In this document: positions 31,101 to 62,240 of the stretch, one piece after another
Numbering within the stretch: position 1 is the stretch's first letter
Layout: each line of letters starts with the position of its first letter
Assembly: GCA_012295275.1 (NCBI GenBank)
Contig: CM022677.1
Coordinates: 23,126,001 to 23,190,000, forward strand
Source of the DNA: Chrysomallon squamiferum
Taxonomy: Eukaryota > Animalia > Mollusca
Length of the DNA: 64,000 bases
Direction: 5' to 3'
Notes under the pieces: model-generated
The model's database searches: none
Told to the model about the DNA's origin: nothing
The model's input: only the letters and a program-made list of their open reading frames with translations
Made by a program: the position numbers and the translations under genes

Positions 31101-34100
31101 TTACATGGCTGCCACCAAAAACTCCAAACGGAATCATAGAAGGTTACATTATTTAGTTCAAAATGTTACATTCTTTTAGTAGTATTTTATATATATTCAT
31201 CTACCACATACCCCAAAAATACATTAATTGTTATTTTCATTCACTTTATTTTTAACAACTGACAAAAATAATAATAATAATATTATTTACAACAAAAAAA
31301 TAATATAATGATGATGATGATGATGATGATGATGATAACAAAACAACAATACCAACAGTCACAGCAAAAGCACTCATCACAATAATGATTTTGTTTTCAG
31401 AATATTTTCTGTACCAAACTTCTGATCCTTCACTGGAACTGAAATACTGGGTTGTTGAAACAATATCAGGAACAAAGTTGATGAAAACCATACACAACAT
31501 GACACCACATACCAGACTGTATTTCAGAATCCAGGCAAGAAATGTTGCAGGTTATGGCCCTTTGTCGGAAATCATCATCTACAGCCCTTTAAGAGGTAGA
31601 AAAACCTTTCAGATTTTGAAAAATATTTGTGAAGGAAGTTTGTAGAAGAAAGAAATAAAGAAAACTAAAAGTGTATTCTGTTGTCCAAGATTAATTTAAA
31701 AAAAATGTAGCCATCAACACATTAGCTAAAGATAATTGTTTTATTTCTTCAATTATTATATTACCATTATTAATTTTATTATTAGGTATCCTATTACTTT
31801 AATTATTAGTATTTTAATTATCACTGTTACCTTATTACCTTAATTATTACTTTAATTATTACTATGACCTATTATTGGTTAAATTATTGCTGTTACCTGT
31901 TATCACTTTAATCACTAAGAATAAACATAACAAACATGTGTTGTAGAATCTACTGCTGCTCCTTCCAATGTGAGAGTGAGTGCTTTGAACACAAACAGAT
32001 CAACATCGGTAGAGGTCAGCTGGGACGTGCCTGAGAAACCAACATCTCACATAGCAGGTTGGCACTGACACACACATTTGTATGTAGTAAACCCTTTGTC
32101 ATAACTCAGACCAGTGTACGTTCCATTTAGCAAACAGAACATTGATGAGTTAATTTCTTTATGTCTCAAGCAAATTAGATTTTAATGGATAATGTAATTC
32201 ACTCAGTGATTAATAGCAGGTTGGCACTGACACACACATTTGTAAATCCTTTGTCATAACTCAAACCAGTGTACTTTGGATTTAGCAAACAGAACATTGA
32301 TGAGTTAATTCCTTTATGTCTCAACCAGATGAGATTTTAATGTAATTCACTCAGTGATTAATAGGCTATATTAACAGAGGATTGATCTCCCTTTTACACA
32401 CAACACACACACACACAAGACACACACACGACACATACACACACACACACATGCTACCTGTGCACAGACATGCATTCAAACATACATTCACACAAACACA
32501 ACCATACACCCACACACACAAAGTCATTGCACATTCAAGTTTTGATTAAACCAAAATTAAACCAAAATATTTCTTCCACCATCTTACCCTTTCCAGACTA
32601 ATTCTGAAATAGATATTGTTTGGTTTAGATGAATATGAAACTTCATTCATTTATCCTTTACTTCATTCATTTCTTCTTTCCTTCCCAGGTTACATCGTGT
32701 ATTACAGAGAACTGACACCAGACGTGGAAGCAGACGAAAATGACACGGATGACCTGTCCTGGATGGTCCACGACGAGCGTGGATTGTCAACCGTCATCCT
32801 TGACCTTGAATATAACATGACCTATGAGTTCAAGGTTGGTGCAAGGTATTCTGGTGGCTTTGGTCCAGTGTCTGAGGTAGTGATGTACACAACTCCAGTG
32901 AAAGGTGAGGAGGAATGGTTTAACAAATGGTGTAAAGAATGGCTAAAGGAAACAAAGAAGTGTTTAACATCTCTGTGATATGTAGAGATTGGTGGATTGC
33001 AGGATCTACTCTTAGCAACAGATCTTTTTAGATTTTTCATTGTTTCATCATTAATTTTGTTCCATGTGTAAACTCTAAATTATACAGATTCATTACTGAC
33101 ATAGAAAGTTGGGTAAAGTTTTTTTCAAAGGTGACTGTTTGAAATACTTATTTCTGCCAAGAATCCACACAAAACATTTTAAAAAGAAAATGGTTAAATT
33201 TCTGTTTTCATGTAAAGGATTACTGTTCAAGAGCAAATTATATTGTCTACTTTCAATAAAATATAACTGTAAAGCATCAGGTAGTTTAAAAATAATCAAC
33301 TTTATTTATTATTTTATTATTGTTAGTTATTTTTATTACATAAATATTAATTATTATTTATTACTTTTGTTATTATTTAGATGAAGAAATGATGGAATCA
33401 AAAGAGAATATATATGAAGATGGTGAGTTACAAATACAAAATTTGTCTTGAACTTAATTTATTTTTAATTTCTTTCTAGTTAGATTTTTCTTAAGAATTT
33501 ATTAAACTGGGGTTGTCAGAGGATTTGTTACTTACACATATACTGAACCAACACACACACATAAATTATAAATCATTATAATCTGTATTTAAAATCTCTA
33601 CAATAAGAAAAAGAAAAAGAAACAAAAATTATTTTATTTTATCTTTATAATTTTTTCTTTTATGGTTTTCACCTTAAATTTAGCTTGTTCTTTTTTTCTT
33701 CATCTTAAATGTAGGTTATAATTATTTTTTTTTTTTTTTAGATGTCACTGATTCTGTGCCCATGTCACCATCAGAAATAACAGCAGAGGGCGCCACTAAT
33801 TCAATACGTCTAGCATGGGTTGCTCCCCCTGTGAACAGGTCAGCTGAGGTCGAGTTCTACAGACTGGGATATGGAGAGTTGTTTCCCAACAGTACACAGA
33901 TTGATGTGAACGCCACAGAAAGCTTTTACATCATTGAAAACCTTAGTGAGTTCTTGCCTAATACACGGAGAAAGAGAGAAATTAGTTTTGTCATAGTGTT
34001 TGTTTGTGTGTGTTAGAGAGATGTGAAGTCTGAACCTTAGAATTGGTATTTTGTTTATACATTTTGAACAGGAAAAAGATAAAAGGGGATGAAGTATTTG

Positions 34101-34155
34101 GTAGACAGAAGTAAAAATGAATAGTGCTGTTAACTGAGTAAAATATATATATATC

Positions 34156-34247
<92 letters not shown>

Positions 34248-34423
34248 CAACGTCTATAATGTAAGATAAGAACTGGTACTTGTTTCTGTGTTTGTTTGTT
34301 CCTGTATTAATCATGTTGATCACTGTTTCAGCACCTAACACCATGTACAGTGTTTCAGTTGAAGCAGCAAACAGTCATGGTTCAAGTGAACCAGTTATCA
34401 CTACTGTTATGACAACATCATGA
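11419..34423 (+). CDS. Secreted neogenin/DCC/Frazzled-related protein, SP-FN3x4-Igx2-FN3x10 (~1674 aa, 31 coding exons; one apparent +1 frameshift near 19183)
   Basis: Exons: 11419-11488 (MSLCVVNGLFLLLAACVTVWHRT), 12076(or 12061)-12381, 15948-16146, 16823-16958, 17316-17466, 17933-18073, 18249-18458, 19110-19269, 20092-20246, 20706-20874, 20979-21127, 21820-21991, 22942-23279, 23761-23902, 24423-24515, 25500-25709, 26200-26286, 26666-26786, 27423-27636, 27727-27871, 28226-28327, 28761-28946, 29333-29422, 30400-30711, 31035-31142, 31401-31595, 31947-32057, 32689-32904, 33381-33422, 33742-33945, 34332-34423 (TGA). FN3 motifs (W..P, Y, LxPxTxY) and Ig motifs (C..W..DxGxYxC) are present. GYILGYG, RYYLIRF and YFRIQARN match neogenin FN4-6. 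Confidence 0.85.
14836..15125. repeat. Degenerate ~55-bp tandem repeat in intron 2 of the FN3 gene
   Basis: Recurring aagg(a/c)aaata...ttcactg...ttgacataattt units, about five diverged copies. Confidence 0.55.
17441..17815 (+). repeat. 43-bp minisatellite made of an exon end plus its splice donor (~8 copies)
   Basis: Unit caacccagagagtacaatctcacag|gtcagttataatatc(a/c)(c/t)t. The first copy is the coding end of exon 17316-17466. Confidence 0.95.
19590..19890 (+). mobile_element. Degraded SINE-like/interspersed repeat remnant
   Basis: Contains gacacccaacagc..gtgctgggttgtcattaaacattaattcattcattc and tagcagcaaagg..caggatagtacataccac. Related fragments occur at ~5620-5720 and ~38310-38340 (atgggctactcttttt). 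Resembles gastropod interspersed repeats as I remember them; not verified. Confidence 0.4.
21260..21600. repeat. ~110-bp triplicated AT-rich intronic segment
   Basis: tattattatattaatatcatcattgttattggttttgttactatttatttac occurs three times. Confidence 0.85.
24083..24450 (+). repeat. ~62-bp minisatellite made of a splice acceptor plus an exon start (6 copies)
   Basis: Unit gttactgatgaatgtttggtttttaacaag|gtttaggaaaagaagacacatattttctcaca. The last copy continues as coding exon 24423-24515 (GLGKEDTYSLRI). Confidence 0.95.
24835..25482. repeat. 107-bp tandem repeat (~6 copies) ending just before the acceptor at 25500
   Basis: taatgatctcattac recurs at 24881, 24988, 25095, 25202, 25309 and 25416. 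Confidence 0.95.
26812..27102. repeat. 34-bp minisatellite
   Basis: Unit agttaggtagcactctgtacaagttactagctta, six near-perfect copies plus degraded ones. Confidence 0.95.
29728..29952. repeat. 43-bp minisatellite (~5 copies)
   Basis: Unit aaattattaacagttctttacactgagttttaactgactgtgt. Confidence 0.9.
32051..32365 (+). repeat. ~160-bp direct duplication starting at a splice donor
   Basis: atagcag|gttggcactgacacacacatttgta...cactcagtgattaatag starts at 32051 and again at ~32213. Confidence 0.9.
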
Positions 34424-35471
34424 GATACTGTTGTTTCAGGTTTGATTTTTTTTTTTTTTTTGTCTTTTATTTCTGTAATACTGTAATTTCAGTTTTTTAT
34501 AAACTTTATGTAAATTTTAATATTGTTTAACTGAATCAGTTATTATGAATGTTATGATTCTCAATAAACAAAAGTCCAAATAATAAAAAGTTAATAATTT
34601 AAAAAATAATAATAAAACATGCACAAGAACTGAAGAACTAGTAATAGCCTCTAATTAATTATATAATTAATTAATATTACATACTGCCCATATTTGTGAA
34701 AAACAGATATATTTTAGTTTTTCTACTCACATGATAGTTTTAATTATTCCATTCTTTACTTACTTATTTCAATGGTTATTTATTTATTTAGTTAAAGTTT
34801 TCTACTCACTTTACATAATATATTTCATAATTTATTTTCAGTTCACCTTACCCTCTACCTCACAACCTACTTAACTATTTCAGCCACACTGCACACACTT
34901 TATCCAATCACAGTAAGGTAGTTCAGCTACAGCCAATCAAAAGTGTTGACACATCTGCGTAACAGCCAATTGTATATTCCAATGTGGACTTCTGAAATAT
35001 GATTGACATAACTGTAAAATATGCCTGCTGAACAGTGCTTAATAAATTCTGCTGATGGTTATTTTGTTTTTGTTTTTCTGTCTAGTCAGCTTATTTATTT
35101 TAATATTTCATAGGCTTCTTTCACAGTTGCTTCTACCTAACAAATAGATGTTAACTGTCCCTTCTAAAAATTCCAATATCTAAAACTATTTTTATATCCG
35201 AAATTAGTGATTTTGATTTTGGATGGTTTACCACATATATAAATTTTGTACTTGGATCTCCATTATATTTCAAAATCTAAAAGATTCCAGTCCACTTAAG
35301 GTGCATTAGGTCACTGGATCAATCCTACTAGTGTTTTTCTTGTTCCAGCTAGATCTTTACAACTGCTGAACCAGACAAAGAAATACTGATCAAATTATAT
35401 AACATGTTCAAAATTTTGATTTTTAAAAATGAGATATAATTGGTAAAATTAGAAGACAGAATTATAATTTT

Positions 35472-35503
<32 letters not shown>

Positions 35504-35664
35504 TGAATTGGTTACAACATGCTTGCCTTTACAAAAATATATATAATAAAAAATATATGATAGTACATAGCTGCCTTATGGAACAGAAAATAAATGTATA
35601 GCATTTATATTGACTAAAAATAAAATGCGGGTTGAAAAGGAAAAAGTGCATTCAGTTTTAAATT

Positions 35665-48561
<12,897 letters not shown>

Positions 48562-49002
48562 TTCTCGTCGTTCAAACCCGTTTTGTGTTTTGTCTCTTAT
48601 TATTCATTTATACTTAAAAACCGAGACAACCGAGACAACAATTGTTGTTCCCTGATAGGTCAGAGTTCACGTCAGGCTGAGGGAGGGAGGTATACAAACC
48701 ATGTGGTACCCGGCAGAAACATTCTAACTCGTGTGTTTTGTAAATACAGGAATATTGTTTTAATATTTATAAGTAGGTCTCGTTTCCGCGGAAAGTTGGT
48801 TGATGGTTTTGTCGTGTGCCACATGTGTAGTTATTTTATATATGCGACGACGTTGAAAGACAGAAAGTACAGATGTGTTAACCTGTACATTAATTAGTCG
48901 AGTTAATGCGTATTTCATGATATCTGATTAAAACGAAAACAATAACTGCAATTGTTGCTGTAGCAATAGTGGTTAATAGAGTAGTACAGCAGCAGTAGTA
49001 GC

Positions 49003-49039
<37 letters not shown>

Positions 49040-50025
49040 ATGATGGTAGCAGCAATATCAGTGATAATATTTATAGTAGCTGCAGTAGCAGTAACTATTT
49101 GTTGTAATGGTGGTGGTACGTAAATATAGCAGAAGTGCTAATTAACTCCCTTGTTTATAACAAAAGCTAAGAGGAGTTATTTACCTTGTTGCGTATCTTA
49201 AAACTGATTAAATGAACGCTAAGAGAATAAAATCTTTGATGACGTTTTATTCAGTTACTATTTTTATCTCTTTTTTTCTTTATATTAAAACAAAATTTAA
49301 ATTTGTTTATAATGAAATCTTAGGACTTCGAGACTGGAAACGGTCAGCTTTAATGATTATTATTTTATCACTTTATTTAAACTTTATTAAGTTTATTTGT
49401 TTGTTTATTTATAACTTGTTTAAAACATCATTTACTGCAACAAACAAAATGTATTAATGGAAGAGTACTTATAATAGAAGCAGTAGTAAAAGTAGAATAC
49501 TAACTAGTACAATACAAATACATGTATGAAGTACAGGTGTTTCTTGTACATTATCAATATTCTGGTATTATTGTATTATACAGGAAAACCTATTAAAAAC
49601 AAAGACAAGTTTTATATACAGTTTTTTATTTCATAAAATAATCTGTATATATAATGGTTTTGTAGAATATTTACATAAGAACTAGCTAAATAAGACTAAT
49701 AAATTTAATAATAATATAATCATATATTATTAACATCTAACAATAATAATTATAATAAAGATAATAATAATAATAAGTACAATAACTCTTATAAATAATA
49801 GTAATAAAAATTGCGAAAATTAAAAATGCCCCAATGTAAATAAAATAATATTAACATTTTTCACAGCCTCCAAACTGAACACTTTTCTGAGTTTTTACTT
49901 CTGAAGCAATTTATAAACAAAATGGAAGAAAACTGAAACATGTCAGTTGAATTTTTGTATATATCTGTGTGTTTGTGTGTGTGTGTGTGTGTGTTTGTGT
50001 TTGTGTGTGTATGTGTATGTGTATG

Positions 50026-50061
<36 letters not shown>

Positions 50062-51647
50062 CTTGTATGGATGTTTGTAAATGTGCACATGAAAAACTAT
50101 TTACAATTTTAATTACAATAATAATAATAATATATATATATTCTCTGTACAAAACAAAAGTTATTTTATAATGTAAAAATACAGCATATATTCAGTTATA
50201 CATTTTAACAATAAATGCAGATAAACAAGAAATGATTAAAATAGACATAGATTATGGGAAAAGATAAAAGTCTACAAATTTAAAACACCTTGTTGAAAAA
50301 CTTATCTTTCAAGAGAAAGAATATATAGATAAATTTGAAATATAATAAAAATTTATAATATATAAAAAATCTAGATTATATCTTTATATATAAAGAATTG
50401 TGGAGAAGTTACTTGTGTCATGCTTATTTAACATTCTCAAAGGACAAACAGCTCCCATTTTTATTTTAGTGTGCCTAAACTGGAATTCTGATTTGGGACA
50501 AACTATAATACAATCAGCTAAATTAAAATATACTAACATCTACATTACTAATTACTATTATTTTTATTTATCTACATAATTATTGGCCTAACATCATTAT
50601 TAGTATTTTTTTTAAATTACATTTTCATTTTTAAAATTTGTCTTTCTTCATTTTTTTTAATTTCTGTTTTTTTAAATCTATTTTTATTTTAATTTTAATT
50701 TTTATTTTAATAATTTAAATTATAAAAATAAAAATAAATTTCAGATGTTCTGATTCACTGAGCTGATATCTGAGTTAACTAGACATTTGTCTGTATTGAG
50801 CATAATTCTTTGGTAACATGAAAAAATATCAATAACTGAATACAGTTTATAAATATCTGTAGTCATGATGTCACATGATGTCACTGACCAATCTACACTA
50901 AACTTAGTGATGATGATGACATCATAACTCCAGTTGTGAAAAGTTAAAAAATGACCAGATTTTTGTAAGTATAATTATTAATGATAACAAATTGTTTTAA
51001 AAATAATTTTGAAGGAGAAAGAATATTAAAACCAGTTTCAATTTAGAACTTGATGTAATGAAATCAGATTTTTGTCTACAAAACAGTTAATCAGTTTTAT
51101 TTCTTAAAATACACATCTAATGCTGGGTTATCTAAAAACAACAACAATGTTAGTATGTTAGTAAGTGACAAAAGATTGCTGTTATATGATTCAGTATGTA
51201 GGTATGATACCTATATTTGAGAAATCTATGTGGTAATTATAAATTAATTTTATTAATGTATACTCAACCCACTTTGTCTATGGTTTTTATATCCGTGGTT
51301 AATAAACAATTAAAAACAACTACAATACAATAAATTATATTCTTATTGGTGGTAATCAAATTTCCGTAGAGCTAAAATTTGCATGGGAATTTAACACTGT
51401 TAATATATATATATTTATATAGTTTGGATTTCAAGTTATGAATATGTAAAGGATAAAATAATAAAAGTTAATACGTAGAAATGCACTGAACATACGTGGA
51501 ACATTTAATGTGACATCATGGAACCACTGGTCCAGTATGAGCTTTAGTTATTAGAAATACCTAACAAAGAAATGTTGGCAGTGGAATAGTAAAATTGTTA
51601 TCACAAGTAAAGAGATTAAAACAGAAAACAAATTAATTTTTGTTTGT

Positions 51648-56462
<4,815 letters not shown>

Positions 56463-58094
56463 CTCCAGCTCTGAAAGCAAAAGTTCAGATGCGCAGTTAA
56501 TAGAAAATGTATTATTATTAAAAAAAAAATTATGAATTATTTATTAACACATCAAAGTGGTCTTTTCCATTAATTCAATTTCCTATATTACTAAAATTAA
56601 CACACACACATTCTTACACACCTAACACACACACACACACACTGCAAAACACAATAATCAATCTCAACAATTATTTTTGAAAAAAAACACCAATATTGAA
56701 CAAAATGAGGAATAAAAAAATATTATTTTGGGAATCCAGAATCAATTTTAAATGTTATTTATCAAGGCCAGAAATGCAGAATTCAGAAATGCAGTCAGTG
56801 AACTTTTGAGTGAAAGTAAACTCAATAGAAATTTCTTAAATCAAATTTCTGTCAAGTAATCACATTTACACACACACACATTTCAAAGAAAATTGTGTTA
56901 TCTTCATATCTCTTCAGAATGTCATTATTAAACAGGAAAATTATTGAAATTAAATACTTTTATGATTTAATTACAAACAGCCAAAGTTTTAGTTTTGTTT
57001 TATTTGTATTCATTTTATTTTATTTTTATTTTTATTTTATTTATTTTATTTTATTTTATTTTATTTTATTCTATTCTATTCTATTTTATTTTTTTTTTTT
57101 TTTTTTTTTATTATTATTATTATTTGTTTTTTATAAACAAGAAGAGATACATCAGCTAGCTCTATTCACTTTTCTTTCTTTCATTTCTTTTTTTAAATTT
57201 AAAATTATTTTCTTCTTCCTCTATCTTTTGAAGACAATCAAAGAAATTCAGAATGAGCTGGAAACACACAAAATGTTAAAAGTTGCACCCAGTAGTAATC
57301 ACTTGTCATCCATTGATTTCTCCTCGTTGTCAAGGGAGACATTTATCTCCATTTAAATCTCAATTCCAGGACCTCTATTCCTCCATGACTGTTTTAATCA
57401 AGTCCATGTCATAGTAAATCTTATTAAAAATGCCAGACTATTTGTTCAAATACAGCTAAGTTCTCTTCCACACTGTCATAGGCAAGAAGTTAAAATATCT
57501 TGGTTTTTGATTGGTTGATTATAAAATTAAATAATATTTGACCGATTAATAAATTTATAACACTATTAAAACTGTTTTATAATTTTATTTTTGTTTATTT
57601 TTTTTGTATTCGTGTTGGTTATGGGGAGGTTTAATGAGTATGCTTACTAGCTAGCAGAAAGTGATGATTTGTATAAGCTTTCACATGAGTAGTAAAATAG
57701 CACTAATCATGAATGTCAGGCAAACTCTGTCACTTTGCCACACTAAACACACAGAGTGCAGAGATTGCAGGAAGGCAGGAAATCAAAGCAAACAGTTCAC
57801 AGAGTGAGTATTGATCCTTGAAAAAACCAGAGACAAACACTCAAGTTTCTGTTCTTTATGTAAAGTAACAATCAATTAATAATCAACATATTTAAAAACC
57901 GACAGTTGTTTAATTGTCATAATAATTTACACAATGTAGATAACATTTAACCAATTAGATTCATTTTTTTTACTGATACAAAATTATAAACCAGTAATTA
58001 TTGTCAGTTTGCCAAACAATCAAAAACTATGTTAATTATTCTTAACAAAACCTTGCTATATGTTTATCAAATTGTTAACCAATGACATAAATCA

Positions 58095-58177
<83 letters not shown>

Positions 58178-58778
58178 ACAACATATTTTAAGTCAGGTCT
58201 TTGTATATTTCATTTATCTTTTCTCGTGTGTTAGGTCAATAATTCATCTAATTGCTCAGCACTGGACTCAATAACTGTGGAAATGTCTGGCAATGACTGC
58301 AGACACAGTCAGAGAACAATTTACAACCATTGTTTCCCACTAACCAAGTCTGCCAGAGATAATACTAACTACACCACAAGTCTCACTTTTTCATCAACAC
58401 CAGTTGCAGGATTTTACTCTAGATGGCACTCTAATTCACTGCGTCTAAATTTGATAAATCTTGCCAAGTTTGAAACCAGTGCTATGTTAACAGCAGGGAG
58501 AAATTTAAAATGTTCCAGACAGAGAGAGAGACAGAGAGATAATGAGTGTTTTGGGGAGTAAGAATACAAATCATCTATTAACATCTTATTTACCAAAGAC
58601 AATAAATACTTCAGTGCTTTCCTCAATATTCAAGTTTGGGTTATTCTCATTGTCAACAAAAAGTATTTAATAATATCACCTTCCCTGAAACAGTAGCATG
58701 TGAGAATGTTTGCCAGTGTGTTTATGTACCAAGTTTGTATAATTGTTTTAATCTGTCTGAATTTTTCTTAAACCCATT

Positions 58779-58824
<46 letters not shown>

Positions 58825-60442
58825 AAAGTTCATGTAGAAGTTAAAATGAAGAAAACATTTCTAGCAAATGTTGATCTGTGTAAAGTGAATCAGTGAAAAC
58901 ATGATTCTTACTCTTCCAGACCATACTTTCTATCTCTGTCTGTTTGTCTGTCTGTGTGTGTGATTGTGTGTGTGTGTGTGTGTGTGTGTATCTGTCTGTC
59001 TGTCTGTGTGTCTCTGTGTGTGTCTCTGTGTGTGAGACTTTCCTTTTCTCCCTTTTTGCTCTGTCTTTCCCTTTGTTATTTCTTCTGTCAATTTGCTTAG
59101 TCTCTCTCTTTCTTTATCTCTCTATTTCTCTTTTCTTCTCTCTCAAACCCACACATTCTTTAACTTTCGTTTTAAAATTATCAGTTGTTAATATGTTATA
59201 TTATTATTATTATTATTATTATTTAAAAAAATATTATTACTAATATGTTATTTGATATCTATCAGCACTGAAAGAAAACTCTGCAAAATAATATGTCATC
59301 TAGAATAACCCCACAAAAAAGAAAAAAAGAAAATATGAAAAGTAAAATAAAAAAGAAAAGAAAAAGTGAAGAAAAACATAAAAAGAAATATTTTGCAAAT
59401 ATCTAAACAGTCATATTATTATTTATAATCATTTAGTTATTCACAGTAATTATTACTCTAAAACAAAATGATGTTTTTATTATTATAATTTTATTTATTA
59501 CATTATCTTATTTATAATAAATTTAATTTAGTTAAGAAATTTTGTAAACCTTTAAAGAACATGGCAGAACAATGATTGAAATAATTACTGTTTCTACAAC
59601 AACAACTACTATGAAAACAACTGGTACAAAATTACCACTACTATTACTATTAGTACTACCACCATGACTACTATACTTACTATTATTATTACTGCTTATC
59701 CAATACTACTATAACTACACTAAAGTACATTGAGTATTAATCATTTTGTTTTTGTGTAAATCATTTTTAATGTTCTAATCATTTACTAAACATGTTAATG
59801 ATTGTTATTAATCATTACAATTTATGTTTCATCAACATCATCACTGCTACTACAATAGTTTTATTTTATATTCACAAATAAAAATACATCATAAACACAA
59901 ATTAAATAATGTAAAAAAATAAATTTTAAAAATTTATAAATTTATGTTAACCACATAACATTAACAGTGACAGAGAGAGATTTGTAGTAAATCTCTTTTC
60001 ATATTTTTTATAATTTTTACCAGAACTAGTAGTAATGTTATTAGTGATATCAGCAATGATAGTAACAGCAAAAATATTTTTATTTGTTGAATGTGCAAAT
60101 ATGAAATGTCAGTATGAATAAACAGCATAAACATTTTTTTCTTTTTCATCTAAATAAATGGGTTTTTTTTATTTTCTTGCACAACCAAACAAAAATCAAC
60201 AAAATCTTTTTAAGATTTACAACTCATTTAACCTAATTCACGCTTATTAAATATAAACAATTTTTTTTTTACATGAAACCTTAATCTGAATATGGGATAA
60301 AGGAGATAAAGAAAAAGCAAATAAATCAAAAATGAAACAGAAAAAAAAGAAATAATTATTAGTAAAAAAAAAAAAAAAAAAAAATAAATAAAGGAATCAA
60401 AAGATATTCTCCCAGTAAGGTTAAAACAAAAAAAAAACTTAC

Positions 60443-60465
60443 CAAAATTTGAATCTGGCATCTAA
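60443..60465 (-). other. Candidate upstream Rab27 microexon with an in-frame ATG (MPDSNF)
   Basis: ttttttcag|TTAGATGCCAGATTCAAATTTTG|gtaagt. Its phase-1 end joins the acceptor at 56470 (G|AG CTG GAG ATG) in frame. Confidence 0.45.
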
Positions 60466-60956
60466 CTGAAAAAAGTGTTTTATTCATTATTTTATTTATT
60501 TATTTATTTATTTATATTTGTAATTATTTTTTTTTTTTAAATGATAATTAAAATGTGCATGATAGATGGATTAATGGAGGTATGAATTTGATGTAGTTAT
60601 TTCAATATGATTTAATTATGGACAAAATGTTATTTCATAAGACATTTTCACAAGTAAAACTAATTACCTACATAATGTATGTACAGACAGCAGGATACTG
60701 ATAGATAAATGTGAAGTGAAGGAAGAAAAGACAGATGAATCAGTGATGCAGATTAACTGATGGATAGAATAGATGAATACAGAAAGATTAATAGATTAAA
60801 TGGAAATAAAATTGAGTCTTGGATAATTTACAGTAATCTACTGTTATATTTGATAATCAACTGTTGTGTAGACTTGTATAATAATCTCATTACTGTACAG
60901 CAATCTACATCATTGTACAATAATCTATGTAACTGATGTGTCACTATACTACAATA

Positions 60957-61160
60957 TCATTACTGTAGTCAAATACACCACTGTACAATAATATCATTAC
61001 TGTACAGTCATTTACACCACTGTACAATATCATTACTGTACAGTCATTTACACCACTGTACAATAATATCATTACTGTACAGTCATTTACACCACTGTAC
61101 AATAATATCATTACTGTACAGTCATTTACACCACTGTACAATAATATCATTAATGTACAG
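60957..61160. repeat. 39-bp minisatellite (~5 copies)
   Basis: Unit cattactgtacagtcatttacaccactgtacaataatat. Confidence 0.95.
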
Positions 61161-61411
61161 CAAGCTACTTAATCAATAATATATTTACTGAAGTGACCTT
61201 GTATGTTAATTGTTATTTCTGTACAGCAGTCTACTGCAGTCTACTTCATTGTAAAATAATCTACACACTCAGTCTACAGTTAAGCTGACGAGGGAAAACA
61301 TCAGGTGAGATTACTGAAATGTTGTCAGATCACCAGACTAAGAAAAGTTAATCAGATTAATTCAATGTAACCTCGGAAATTACTGTCTGGACACCCACAC
61401 AAGTGAAACAG

Positions 61412-61427
61412 CAATAATAATAATAAC

Positions 61428-61509
<82 letters not shown>

Positions 61510-61612
61510 GAAATAGTAATAATAATAATAATAGTAATAACAACAATAAACATTAGTAGTAGTAGTAATAATAGTAATAGTAATAATAATAATAGTAATA
61601 GTAATAATAATA

Positions 61613-61654
<42 letters not shown>

Positions 61655-61680
61655 TTAACAACAACAATAATAATAACAAT
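61412..61680. repeat. Compound (AAT/AGT/AAC)n microsatellite; one example of the many (CA)n, (GA)n and (AAT)n tracts in the window
   Basis: Direct reading. Similar tracts at 4918-4977, 10420-10499, 19285-19503, 34158-34242, 38341-38425, 46785-46848 and 47509-47605. Confidence 0.95.
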
Positions 61681-61987
61681 ATATTTAATATTTTACTACT
61701 GTTGTTTTGGTTAGTAATTTAAAATAAAATGAACAAACATCAAATTACTGATAAATAAATTTTTACTTTAAATAATATACTGTTACAGTTGAATATAGAG
61801 ATTTTGTTCAAGTTCATGTAGTTTATTAAAATTAACAAGCTGTTGTTTTTCTGCCTTGTTTGAATTGATCAGCTGACACAGATTAAAACAGATTTACTGT
61901 TTTTTTTAACCTCTGAAATCAAGTGTCAGTGAAGTGAAATGTTGTTATTAAAGTTATTCTTGCTGTTGTAGTAGTAGTAGTATTGGT

Positions 61988-62042
<55 letters not shown>

Positions 62043-62196
62043 TGATATATCTATTATTATATTTTACGAGGTGAATGTAATGAGACATTCTAGTTTTATG
62101 TGATATTTCATATTCACAAGTGACAGCTGTTCTAATACAGTTCATGTTTACAAGCTGACAGTTTTACAGACTGGTGTGTGTATTTGTCTATAAACA

Positions 62197-62240
<44 letters not shown>

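Noticed and set aside
11419-34423. Naming the FN3/Ig gene as the neogenin/DCC/frazzled ortholog or a receptor phosphatase
   Set aside because: The domain order differs, and there is no TM segment, P1-P3 motif or phosphatase domain before the stop.
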